Below, piece after piece: positions 1 through 8,712 of a DNA stretch of 58,591 nucleotides. Source of the stretch: Verrucomicrobiota bacterium (GTDB lineage: Bacteria > Verrucomicrobiota > Verrucomicrobiia > Opitutales > JABDGR01). The DNA lies in NCBI GenBank assembly GCA_013285985.1, contig JABDGR010000002.1, positions 1 through 58,591 of the forward strand, given 5' to 3'. Made by a program: the position numbers and the translations under genes. Numbering within the stretch: the first letter of the stretch is position 1; every line of letters begins with the position of its first letter. The notes below the pieces were generated by a model that saw only the letters and a program-made list of their open reading frames with translations, did not search any database and was not told the DNA's origin.

Positions 1-530
1 AGGATTTTGTTCAACTCTTCGCGGATTTTTTCCATCTCCTGCGCCTGGATGTTGATGTCCACCGCGGGCGCGACGATGCGGCCCATGATGAGCGGCTGGT
101 GGATGAGGACACGGGCGTGCGGGTAGAGGAGGCGTTTGCCCTTGGGCGCGGCGCACAGGAGGATGGAGCCCATGCTGGCGGCCATGCCCGTCACCACCAC
201 GGTGATGGGGGAGGTGATGAGCTTCATCGTGTCGTAAAGGGCCATGCCCGCGGTGATGGAGCCGCCGGGAGAATTCAGGTAAAAGGTGATGCCTTTGCCC
301 GGCGCTTCGGCTTCGAGGTAAAGGAGTTTTTCCGTCACCTCGCGGCAGGAGCGGTCGCTGACTTCGCCCCAGAGCATAATTTTGCGCTGCTCGAGAAACT
401 TGCGCTGCAGCATGGCGCCGAGCGGCGGCGTCTTGGCGTCGTCATTGGCTCCCGGCGCGGGGGCCGGCGTTTCGGGCTCGTCTTCGTCATCATCGTCGAA
501 GCGGACGGGCAGTAGTTCTCGGTCGCTCAT
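1..530 (-). CDS. clpP: ClpP-family ATP-dependent protease proteolytic subunit (partial; C-terminus lies before the window start)
   Basis: Absent from the ORF track because it runs off the window edge. My reverse-strand translation from the ATG (complement of 528-530) reads MSDRELLPVRFDDDDEDEPETPAPAPG...GITFYLNSPGGSITAGMALYDTMKLITSPITVVVTGMAASMGSILLCAAPKGKRLLYPHARVLIHQPL. This includes the ClpP catalytic Ser (AASMG) and His (IHQP) contexts. Confidence 0.85.
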   Translation of the reverse strand, partial: MSDRELLPVRFDDDDEDEPETPAPAPGANDDAKTPPLGAMLQRKFLEQRKIMLWGEVSDRSCREVTEKLLYLEAEAPGKGITFYLNSPGGSITAGMALYDTMKLITSPITVVVTGMAASMGSILLCAAPKGKRLLYPHARVLIHQPLIMGRIVAPAVDINIQAQEMEKIREELNKI

Positions 531-594
531 AGCAATCAAGCGTGTAACGGACGGGTGCGTTTTGGCAAGGGCAAAGGCGGGCATCGACGCGGCC

Positions 595-1470
595 TTAGTA
601 CCGCCGCGGCAGGCCAAAGTAGCTGAGCAGCCAGGCTTCCTTCCAGACGCGGTAGCGGCCCTCCCAGGTGAGGATCCCGTGTTCTTCGTGGAGACTGCGC
701 GGAAAGAGAATGCCCGAGTCGGTGTTCGTGCGTTCGAGGATTTGCTGCTGCTGGTTGAGGTCGAGAATGGGGTCGTCGGTGAACGGCACGAGCAGCTCCG
801 GCCTCGCGGCGAGGCGGCGCAGGTGGCGGCACATGAGGGCCTCGGGTGAGCGCAGCCACGGGTGGCGCTCGACTTCCCAGTTTTCGGGGTAGAAACCGCC
901 AAAGGGCAAATAAATATTATCCGTGACCAGACGCGCTCCGCTTTGCGTGATGGAGGTGAACACGGCGCAGAGGGTCACGTTTCCGGTCGGCTGGGGGATG
1001 AACATGATTTGCAGGCGAATGTCGGCGTCGCTGTCGTTAAACACCGATACGCGCAAAGCCTGGCCGTCTACGAGGTCCGCCTTGAGGGATTGGATGGGCT
1101 GGAATTTTTCCTCCCGCAGCCATTCGCGGAGGGCGACGAAGCGGCGCTGATTAGGCCAGGCATCACCGTCGCGATTAATCGTGAAGCGCGGAAAAAGCGG
1201 AAGGGTGCTGTGGCTGAGGGCGCGGATGGCGAGCCACGAATACATCGTTTCGAGCAACGGCCAAAGTAAAATACCGGTGGCAAGCCAGAGCCAGACGGGG
1301 CGGTCGCTCTCGAAATAAACGGAGGCGAGCGCCAGGCCGCAGGAGAAAAGCACCCAGCGAATCCAATGGCTGAAGATGGACACCACCGGCGAGGCGAGGG
1401 TGTATTGCGCGTAGGTCAACCCGGCGGAAATCAGCAGCAGGGACCAAAAGGCGATGTCAAGCGTCGGCAT
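595..1470 (-). CDS. hypothetical membrane protein (N-terminal transmembrane helices plus soluble C-terminal domain)
   Basis: ORF 595..1482. The track start is TTG at 1482; an in-frame ATG at 1470 gives MPTLDIAFWSLLLISAGL. There are several hydrophobic segments in the first ~110 aa. No family recognised. Confidence 0.55.
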   Translation of the reverse strand: MPTLDIAFWSLLLISAGLTYAQYTLASPVVSIFSHWIRWVLFSCGLALASVYFESDRPVWLWLATGILLWPLLETMYSWLAIRALSHSTLPLFPRFTINRDGDAWPNQRRFVALREWLREEKFQPIQSLKADLVDGQALRVSVFNDSDADIRLQIMFIPQPTGNVTLCAVFTSITQSGARLVTDNIYLPFGGFYPENWEVERHPWLRSPEALMCRHLRRLAARPELLVPFTDDPILDLNQQQQILERTNTDSGILFPRSLHEEHGILTWEGRYRVWKEAWLLSYFGLPRRY

Positions 1471-1555
1471 GGGTTGGCGCAAGCATGTCCGTTTACTGGA
1501 ATAATTCCAAGCCCATTACGCAAACGGAGTATTTCCCGCGGGGCGGGCGGGGTGT

Positions 1556-2686
1556 TTAATTCAGCCGCAACGGCATGATGACGCAGAGAAAACTGTCGAG
1601 CGTCTTGAAAATTCCGGGGCTGAGCTCGTCTTTGAATTCGAAGAACACTTCGTCGTGGGCGAGGGCGCGCAGGGGATCGAGCAGGAATTGCGGATTAAAG
1701 GCGATTTGCACTTCGGTTCCGGCAAAGGCGATGGCCATGGTTTCGTGCGACTCGCCGAACTCCGGGCTTTGCGCGGAAATTTCGAGCAAATTTTTCGTCG
1801 CTTTGAGCCGCACGGAATTATTTTTGTCGCTGGTAACCAGGGCGGCGCGCTGCACGCATTCGGCCAGCAACTCGCGCTCGACTTTGACGCGGTGCTCGGT
1901 TTCTTTCGGGATGACCTGGCGGTAATTCGGATAATTGCCTTCCACAATTTTGGATACGAGGTAAATGCTGTCCACCAAGCCGTTGCCGGAGGCGGCCTCG
2001 CCGATTTCAATTTCAAACGCGGCCTGGCGATCGTTGAAGGTGATTTGCGCGGTCGCGCCCTGGCCGAGCAGGCGGGAAAGTTCCGCCACGGTTTTGGCGG
2101 GGAGAATCAGGCTGCCGGCATTGGCTTCCGAAACGGCGACTTCGTGGCTGACCAGCGCAAGGCGGCGGCCATCGGTGGCCACAAGCGTGAGTTTGCCGTC
2201 GGCAAAATTGAAATAAACCCCGTTGAGAATGTAGCGGTTTTCGTCGGTGGATTGCGCGTAAGAAACGCTTTTCAGCATCCGCGCGACATCGGCTTGCGGC
2301 AGCTTGAACTTGTGCTTGTCAGCAAACGATGGCAGTTGGGGAAATTCCTCTTTGCCAATGCCCATGATGCGGAACATCGAGCCGCCGGAAGAAATTTTCG
2401 CTTGATGACCGGGTGTGCTCTCGATGGAAACTTCGAGGTTCGGCAGCGCCTTGACGATTTCCGCGAGCTTGCGCACGGGCAGGGTAAGTGCGCCGGGCTG
2501 GGAAACCTCAGCCTTGATGCGGCAGCGGATGCCGAGATCGAGATTGGTGGTCGTCAACGCAACCCCGCCGTCTTCCGCCTGGAGGAGGACATTGCTCAAG
2601 ATCGGCATGGTTGCGCGGGTGCCGACAACATTGAGCACCTGCTGAAGACCCGTGGCAAAATGGTCCCGATTGATCTTGAATTTCAT
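1556..2686 (-). CDS. dnaN: DNA polymerase III beta sliding clamp
   Basis: 376 aa starting [41 protein letters not shown]..., which is the typical DnaN N-terminus, length and three-domain layout. Confidence 0.95.
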   Translation of the reverse strand: MKFKINRDHFATGLQQVLNVVGTRATMPILSNVLLQAEDGGVALTTTNLDLGIRCRIKAEVSQPGALTLPVRKLAEIVKALPNLEVSIESTPGHQAKISSGGSMFRIMGIGKEEFPQLPSFADKHKFKLPQADVARMLKSVSYAQSTDENRYILNGVYFNFADGKLTLVATDGRRLALVSHEVAVSEANAGSLILPAKTVAELSRLLGQGATAQITFNDRQAAFEIEIGEAASGNGLVDSIYLVSKIVEGNYPNYRQVIPKETEHRVKVERELLAECVQRAALVTSDKNNSVRLKATKNLLEISAQSPEFGESHETMAIAFAGTEVQIAFNPQFLLDPLRALAHDEVFFEFKDELSPGIFKTLDSFLCVIMPLRLN

Positions 2687-2948
2687 GGGGCGGAAGGTAG
2701 CCGGGATAGTGGGTTGCTGGCAATCACGAATCGCATAAATACTCAGATGAATAATAGGATAAGAATTAAGTATACTCTTATTATGGGCTGTGAGTATCGT
2801 GACAACTGCAAAAAGAGGCCGCCATCAAGATTTTGCAAAACCGTGGTCGGTGGAGAACTGAACCAAGGAACCGGACTTTTTGGGAAAATCGCAGTTGTTG
2901 GCCGGTTGTGCACAAACTCCTCGTTCATTTGGGCGGTGCCATTTGTGC

Positions 2949-3884
2949 TCAAAAGGCCTCGTCTTCGGTGGGGTCATCAGGTTCCGGCGGCAACGGGGGC
3001 TCGGAAGCCGGACGATGCTTGCGCAGCCAAGTGCGCCGCCAGTCGCGAACCAGCCCGTAAAAAATATAACAAAGAAAGAAAATTGCCGGGGAAAAAAAGC
3101 GCATGCGGTAGGCGATGACGATGGCGATGATGAAAAGAATGAATGGGCGGGCTTTGGTCTGCGTCTGCCAGTCGACGTGTTTGAAACTCGGGTAGGGAAT
3201 ATTGCTGACCATGAGCAGCGCGACCAGCAGGAGCAATGGCAACAGCAAAATGGAGAATTGCTGGAGGGTTTCCTTCTCAAAATCCATGTGCAACATGGCG
3301 AGCACGAGCGAGGCCACGAAACCCGCGGCGGCCGGCGACGGCAGCCCCATGAAATCCTTGGTCGATGCGTTCTTCGAAATGCCCGGCACCAGGGGATTCG
3401 TTATCACGTTGAAGCGAGCGAGCCGCACGGCCACGCACAAAAGATAGACAAAGCCCACGAGCCAGCCAATCTGTTGGAAAAGCTCGGAATATTTTCCGAG
3501 CGACGGGCCGAGGATGAGGAAAAACACCATCAACGCCGGCGCCACGCCGAAGGACACCGTGTCGGCAATCGAGTCAAATTCCTTCCCGAAAAGCGACTCG
3601 CGCCCGCCCAAACGCGCGACGCGCCCATCCAGCGCGTCACAAAACGCCGCGAACAAAATGCACCAGACGGCCTCGGTGTAAAATTCGTTCGGGTCGGCGA
3701 TATCCCCGTAGCGGGCCTGGATGCAGCGGATGATGGCCACGAAGCCGAAAAAGAGGTTCCCCGCCGTGAACAAATTGGGCAGGAAATAGATGCGCGCGGC
3801 CTCCTCCGGCGTCCGGTATTTTACCGACGCCGACGGCGCGGGAACATCGTCTTCTTCGGACGGCGGGTTGGGCAGGATGCGCAT
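2949..3884 (-). CDS. pssA: CDP-diacylglycerol--serine O-phosphatidyltransferase (CDP-alcohol phosphatidyltransferase family)
   Basis: CDP-alcohol transferase motif DALDGRVARLGGRESLFGKEFDSIADTVSFG, a polytopic membrane profile, and FLPNLFTAGNLFFG near the N-terminus. The track start is TTG at 3959; the first ATG is at 3884. Confidence 0.85.
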   Translation of the reverse strand: MRILPNPPSEEDDVPAPSASVKYRTPEEAARIYFLPNLFTAGNLFFGFVAIIRCIQARYGDIADPNEFYTEAVWCILFAAFCDALDGRVARLGGRESLFGKEFDSIADTVSFGVAPALMVFFLILGPSLGKYSELFQQIGWLVGFVYLLCVAVRLARFNVITNPLVPGISKNASTKDFMGLPSPAAAGFVASLVLAMLHMDFEKETLQQFSILLLPLLLLVALLMVSNIPYPSFKHVDWQTQTKARPFILFIIAIVIAYRMRFFSPAIFFLCYIFYGLVRDWRRTWLRKHRPASEPPLPPEPDDPTEDEAF

Positions 3885-4082
3885 GACTGGCCCGGCAACG
3901 AGGGCCAGGCGGGTAAAATCAATTAGTTTAAGGAAACTACCAAACCCCCGCCGTGTCAAACCCTGGCTGGGGTGGGCTTTTCACCTTTGTGTCGGGACGG
4001 TTCTGACAACCAGCCCTAACTGTGTTTGCCGTCTAAATATGCTATTTACCCACGCTGCTTGGAGTCACTATCCTATTCTCTG

Positions 4083-5777
4083 ATGAATGCCCCGTTTCGC
4101 AATCCATTCATCCGGACGGCGCTCCTCGCTGGGGCGATGACAACGGCGTATTTTATCGGCCGGGCCCACGAGGCTGATTTGGCTGCGGCGGCTTACGCCA
4201 AACAAACCAAAACCAGGCAGGAACAATGGAGGCTGGCACACACGCCCTTGGCCTTGGCCGCGATTAAAAATCTGTCACTCGAAGAGAGAAGCAGGCTGCA
4301 ACTAAACACCGTAAAACTGGGAAGTTCAACGCTGGCCATGGACAGAGGGGGTAATTTTTATGTTGATGGCGAAGATCTCGGCAAATTGGCCAAGCTGGAT
4401 CCAAACCAAGCGCTCGCGCTTTTGGCGAAACTTCCGCACGGCAAGATGACCAGCGAAGCCTACCAGAGTTTTTTCAAGCAATGGATCGCAGCAGACCCCG
4501 ACGCTACCGCGCTGATTACCACCACGGCAACCGAACTGCCGCAAGGACCGGAAAAAACCAGCGCCCTTTCTGCCGTAGCGGTGGCTTGGGCGCAGCAAGA
4601 TCCCAAAGCCGCTTTGGACTGGGCTTCGGGCCTGGATGAGGCCAACGCTTCGGCCCTGGGCAATACCCTGGCTTATGTCAGCGGATCCCAGCCGGCGCTC
4701 GCCGCGCAATATATTCAGGATATAACGAATGCCGATGAACGTAATAAATTGATCCTCCATATCGCCCAAAGCTGGGGCAATGCCAATTGGAACACACTCG
4801 ACCGGACCGACACCAGCGCCACGCTCGACTGGCTCGACCAAGTCGCCACCGGCGCGACCTATGACGCCGCCGTGAATTCCGTCTTTTGGTCTTACGGTTA
4901 TATTAACCCGGCGGCCGGAGCGGCCTTGGTCGACAAGATAAACGACCCGCAAGATCGAAGCGGCGCCATAAAAACGCTCAGCTTGGATTGGGCAGTCAGC
5001 AAACCAGGCGCGGTGCTCGATTGGTTGCAAACTCTGCCAGATGACGACAGCGCGATACGCGGTACGATGCTGGCGACCACGTTTACCACCTGGTCGAAAA
5101 AGAACCCCGATGCCGCCACGAGCTACGTGGAAGGCATCACCGACCCGCAGCTTTTCACGACACTCGCTCCCGCGCTTGCGCCCGCCATGGCGAAGGACGA
5201 CCCGCAAGCGGCGTTGAACTGGGTTAATGGATTTCCCGACAGCGCGGCGAAAACCCAGGCGATCAGCGGTGTGCTGGCGACGATGGCGGTGAACGATTTT
5301 ACCGACGCATGGAATTATGCCGCGAACCTGCCGACGGGCACGGCGCGCGACGGGGCGATGGACAGCCTCGTCTCCACCCTCAGCGGGACCAACCCCGCAC
5401 AGGCGGCAACGTTGTTGGGGCAGCTCGGCAGTGACGCCGCCGTATTGAGCGCCACCACCACTTTGGCGTTCAATTGGGCCAAGAGCGACCCGGCCGGTTT
5501 GTCCACTTGGATTAATACGCAACCGGCCGGCAACTTGCGCGATACCGCGGTGGAGCAGTATGTTTCTATACAGGTTGGGCGCGACCCAGCGGCGGCGGTA
5601 GCCCTGGCGAACACCATAGCCGACGACGCCACGCGCATGGCCTACGTGAAAGACAGCGTGCTCCAAATGGCCAAAAAAGATTTGGCGGCGGCGACCCAGG
5701 CGGTGCAGACCGCCAACATTGCCGAGGCCCAGCGGCAGAATATTTTGCTTCTGCTTTCGCAAGCGCCGGGCAAATAA
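4083..5777 (+). CDS. membrane-anchored alpha-helical repeat protein, paralog A (about twelve ~32-aa repeats)
   Basis: ATG at 4083 (track TTG at 4026). One N-terminal hydrophobic anchor (FIRTALLAGAMTTAYFIG). Reiterated W-x2-x-D/N-P-x-A-A-x2-W-x3-L/F-P units follow, e.g. WAQQDPKAALDWASGL, WAVSKPGAVLDWLQTLP, MAKDDPQAALNWVNGFP and WAKSDPAGLSTWINTQP. Confidence 0.75.
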   Translation: MNAPFRNPFIRTALLAGAMTTAYFIGRAHEADLAAAAYAKQTKTRQEQWRLAHTPLALAAIKNLSLEERSRLQLNTVKLGSSTLAMDRGGNFYVDGEDLGKLAKLDPNQALALLAKLPHGKMTSEAYQSFFKQWIAADPDATALITTTATELPQGPEKTSALSAVAVAWAQQDPKAALDWASGLDEANASALGNTLAYVSGSQPALAAQYIQDITNADERNKLILHIAQSWGNANWNTLDRTDTSATLDWLDQVATGATYDAAVNSVFWSYGYINPAAGAALVDKINDPQDRSGAIKTLSLDWAVSKPGAVLDWLQTLPDDDSAIRGTMLATTFTTWSKKNPDAATSYVEGITDPQLFTTLAPALAPAMAKDDPQAALNWVNGFPDSAAKTQAISGVLATMAVNDFTDAWNYAANLPTGTARDGAMDSLVSTLSGTNPAQAATLLGQLGSDAAVLSATTTLAFNWAKSDPAGLSTWINTQPAGNLRDTAVEQYVSIQVGRDPAAAVALANTIADDATRMAYVKDSVLQMAKKDLAAATQAVQTANIAEAQRQNILLLLSQAPGK

Positions 5778-5796
5778 ACTTCGATCACAGCGGCCA

Positions 5797-7431
5797 ATGA
5801 AAAAATTTATACTCTTCGTGCTTTGGCCCACGATTTTTTCCATCACGGCCATCGGCGCGTCTTTCTACCTCGGTTTGACCCAGGGGCAAAAGTTGGACGA
5901 GGCGGAGGCGCAGTTGTCTGCGCCGCCCAAGTCTCCGCAATGGGGCGCGACCCGCGCGCGGGCCAATGCCGCGCCCACTGAATATTTGTCTGTGGAAGAC
6001 GCCGGGGCAGAAATCGAGTACATCCTTGAGGGCCATCCGCTCCCAGGCCCAAATGGCGGGATATTTGGCATTCTATTACAAATGAAGCCAGACGAAGCGG
6101 TGAAGCTTTTGGCCGATTGGCCCGACATCAACAGGGGCAATATGCTGCAACAGCTTGCCCTGCGTTGGGCGAGGCAGGATGCCAAAGCCGCGCTTGAATG
6201 GGTGGGTACACTTTCACCGGAAGACGCGCAAAGATTATACACGGGCATTTTACTTCCCATCGGTGCTGAATTTGGGGCGCCGTTTGCGCGCCCCATTGAT
6301 CCAAGAGTCGCCGCACAATATCTGGACAAACTCACCAATCCCTCCGTCCGCGATCGCGCAGTCAATGTAATTGCCACTGGCCTCGCTCGTACAGATCCCG
6401 AAGGAGCACTCTCCTGGCTCGGCCAGAATGCGACGGGCGATACTTATACGAGAGATGTCACCAATCTTTTCACCATGCTGGCCTCACCCCAATTGAGATC
6501 CATGACCATGGACGATGGCACATTAATATCGATGCCATCGAACAACATGAGTAATCCCTCCGCGGCGGTCGCCTTGCTCGCCAAGTTGGGCGACCCCTCG
6601 CTGCGCACCGCCGCCATTGGCCAAATCGCCACCGGCTGGGCCCAGCTGGATCCGGAAGCAGCGGCCCAATGGGCGGTCAATTTACCGGCGACTGACAGCG
6701 CCGCACGCGCCTCCGCCCTCAACACCATCGTCGCGGGCTGGACGGTGAATGACCCCGCCTCCGCCGTTGCTTTCATGGAAAAATCCGGCGATCCCGCAAT
6801 GCTGCTCCCCTCCGCTCCAGGCATTGCGGATGCCCTGTCCAAGATTGACACGCAAGGCGCACTGAACTTTGTGCAAAAGCTTCCCGACGGCGTGGCCAAG
6901 GACCAGGCGCTCAACAATATTCTGGTCAACATCGCCCCGCAGGATTTTTCGACGGCGTGGAATTTTGCCGCAAACCTTCCGGAGGGCACGAGCCGCGATG
7001 CGGCGATGATCAGCCTCATCTCGGCCCAGGCGAACCAGGATCCGACGCAGGCAGCGGACTTGATTTACGAACTCTCCGGCGACATCGCCCAACAAAACGC
7101 CGCCCGCGCCCTGGCCAAATCCTGGGTGGCGCAAGACCCGCAGGCGGCTACGGAGTGGATGCAAACCCTGCCGATGGATCCCATTCGTAACGGCGCAGTG
7201 GCAGAGTTAATTATTGCGCAGGTTGACAAAAACCCTGCCGCCACCTTCCAATGGGCCAACACCATCACCACGGACACAAACCGGACCAACGCGATCCAAT
7301 ATGTGGTCGCGAACTGGGCAAAAACCGATTTGGCCGCCGCCCTCAATGCCCTGCAATCCGCCAACATCACCGATGAACAACGCGCGGCCATGACGCAAAT
7401 GATCAACCAGGCTCAAGCCAAGGCGAAGTAA
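5797..7431 (+). CDS. membrane-anchored alpha-helical repeat protein, paralog B
   Basis: ATG at 5797 gives MKKFILFVLWPTIFSITAIGASFYLGL. It has the same repeat grammar (WARQDAKAALEWVGTLSP, WAQLDPEAAAQWAVNLP, WVAQDPQAATEWMQTLP). It is colinear with paralog A through the C-terminal ...ANI(A/T)(E/D)(A/E)QR tail. Confidence 0.75.
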   Translation: MKKFILFVLWPTIFSITAIGASFYLGLTQGQKLDEAEAQLSAPPKSPQWGATRARANAAPTEYLSVEDAGAEIEYILEGHPLPGPNGGIFGILLQMKPDEAVKLLADWPDINRGNMLQQLALRWARQDAKAALEWVGTLSPEDAQRLYTGILLPIGAEFGAPFARPIDPRVAAQYLDKLTNPSVRDRAVNVIATGLARTDPEGALSWLGQNATGDTYTRDVTNLFTMLASPQLRSMTMDDGTLISMPSNNMSNPSAAVALLAKLGDPSLRTAAIGQIATGWAQLDPEAAAQWAVNLPATDSAARASALNTIVAGWTVNDPASAVAFMEKSGDPAMLLPSAPGIADALSKIDTQGALNFVQKLPDGVAKDQALNNILVNIAPQDFSTAWNFAANLPEGTSRDAAMISLISAQANQDPTQAADLIYELSGDIAQQNAARALAKSWVAQDPQAATEWMQTLPMDPIRNGAVAELIIAQVDKNPAATFQWANTITTDTNRTNAIQYVVANWAKTDLAAALNALQSANITDEQRAAMTQMINQAQAKAK

Positions 7432-7448
7432 AGACGTCGTCGTCAGTA

Positions 7449-7799
7449 CTACTTCTTTAAGCCTTCCAAATATTTCCAGAACGACTGGTGCTGTTCGATG
7501 AGGGTTTCTTCAGTGAAGGGGAGTTTGAAGCGGAAAACGAAATCGGCGAGCGAGTGTTGGTGCAGGATGTAATGCATGAAGAGCGTTTCGTCCATGGCCT
7601 CGAAATAGATGCGGAATTCGCCCGCGCGCAAGCGGTGGAAAATTTTGCCTTCGCGGGAAAAGCGGCCCATGTGGTCGGCCCCGGTGTCCAGTTCGTCCGG
7701 CTGGATGGCGCTGATTTGCTCCATGAGCGCGAGCTGGGCGTGCTTGGGGAGCCGCTTGAGAGCGGCGAGGGCCTGGTCGCTGAAATTGAGTTGATACAC
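7449..7799 (-). CDS. RelE/ParE-like toxin-fold protein with a ~30-aa C-terminal extension
   Basis: ORF 7449..7835 (TTG start); a GTG at 7799 gives (M)YQLNFSDQALAALKRLPKHAQLALMEQISAI...FHRLRAGEFRIYFEAMDETLFMHYILHQHS. This matches the RelE/ParE pattern y.i.fs..A...l..l ... yRlRvGdyRiiY...d..l.v..i.hR. Confidence 0.5.
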   Translation of the reverse strand: MYQLNFSDQALAALKRLPKHAQLALMEQISAIQPDELDTGADHMGRFSREGKIFHRLRAGEFRIYFEAMDETLFMHYILHQHSLADFVFRFKLPFTEETLIEQHQSFWKYLEGLKK

Positions 7800-7970
7800 G
7801 GGCAAAAAGGAGCACAAATCAGGCCGGAAAGACAATTAACCGGGCCATGGGCGGCAACTTTCGGAATGGGCGTTTGTTTCATACTATACACTTTATCGCC
7901 GGGGGATGTCAGGGCTAATTTCAGGCAGATATCCCTCCTGCGAGCAGCAATAGATAACACCTCTATCTTT

Positions 7971-8705
7971 ATGAATGCCAATGCTCTGCAAAAAATTTTC
8001 GCCTGGGTGGTTGTGGGAGTCTGTGCAGGGGGAATCGCCTGGGCAGCGGAGGCTGAGCCGCCAGCCAAGCCGCCGCCAACCCCGGAAGTGCCCGCCAACC
8101 CGTTTGGCCCCAAGCCGGCAACACCGGCCGATTCTGCGCCCGCGACCGGGGTTTCAACGATGACACCGGCATCCACCGGATCCGCCGAAGGTGAATCCTT
8201 TGTGCCGGCGGTGCGGGAAATGTTGCTGCAACGTTTCGATAAAAACAAAGACGGCAAACTCGATAACACCGAGCTGGCCGAGGCCTATGCCTTGTTTGCG
8301 GGTGGCGGAGGGGCGCGCGCGGGAACGCCGGAAGGCGCGTATGCCAATGGGCCGTTGTTTGGATTGCGGGGGCTTATCCTGCGCCATTTCGGCAAGCCGC
8401 CGAATGAGACGCTCGATGCCGCGGAAATCGTCGAATTGCACGCCTTTCTTTTTGGCGCAAAAACCGAGGCGCCCAAGCCGGGGGCGGAGCTCGACGCGTT
8501 GCGCCAGCAAATCGTCAAGCAGTTCGATAAAAAAGGCACCGGCCATCTCGACGAAGCCGAACTCGCCGCGGCCAAGACCTTCCTCCAGCAAATGCTGACG
8601 GATCTGGACAAATATGGCGGCGAAAAGCCCGATGCGTCGAAGAACGCCAGCCCGTCACCTGCCAACGCCACGAACTCACCGGCAGGCACGACTTCGTCGA
8701 AATGA
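7971..8705 (+). CDS. secreted EF-hand calcium-binding protein
   Basis: ATG at 7971 lies inside the longer track ORF 7488..8705. Signal-like N-terminus MNANALQKIFAWVVVGVCAGGIAWA, then a Pro-rich linker. There is a canonical EF loop (DKNKDGKLDNTE) and a second loop (DKKGTGHLDEAE). Confidence 0.75.
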   Translation: MNANALQKIFAWVVVGVCAGGIAWAAEAEPPAKPPPTPEVPANPFGPKPATPADSAPATGVSTMTPASTGSAEGESFVPAVREMLLQRFDKNKDGKLDNTELAEAYALFAGGGGARAGTPEGAYANGPLFGLRGLILRHFGKPPNETLDAAEIVELHAFLFGAKTEAPKPGAELDALRQQIVKQFDKKGTGHLDEAELAAAKTFLQQMLTDLDKYGGEKPDASKNASPSPANATNSPAGTTSSK

Positions 8706-8712
8706 GCGCCAG

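Noticed and set aside
1655-3118. A 487-aa plus-strand ORF antisense to dnaN. Similar long antisense ORFs occur at 2880..3926, 4326..5852, 10631..11698, 26302..27168, 29031..30209, 30821..31774, 50284..52695 and 55961..57205.
   Set aside because: These are high-GC shadow frames. Their products are Arg/Gly/Ala/His-rich low-complexity sequences with no motifs. Each is fully overlapped by an opposite-strand ORF carrying unambiguous family signatures (dnaN, pssA, repeat protein, ABC binding protein, cinA, NamZ-like, ruvB, mfd, TMTC-like).
7457-8269. A 270-aa minus-strand ORF that could have supplied an upstream partner (antitoxin) for the RelE-like gene.
   Set aside because: It is in a different frame and runs through the whole RelE-like gene. 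It is antisense to the EF-hand gene and encodes Ser/Pro/Ala low-complexity sequence. It is a shadow ORF.
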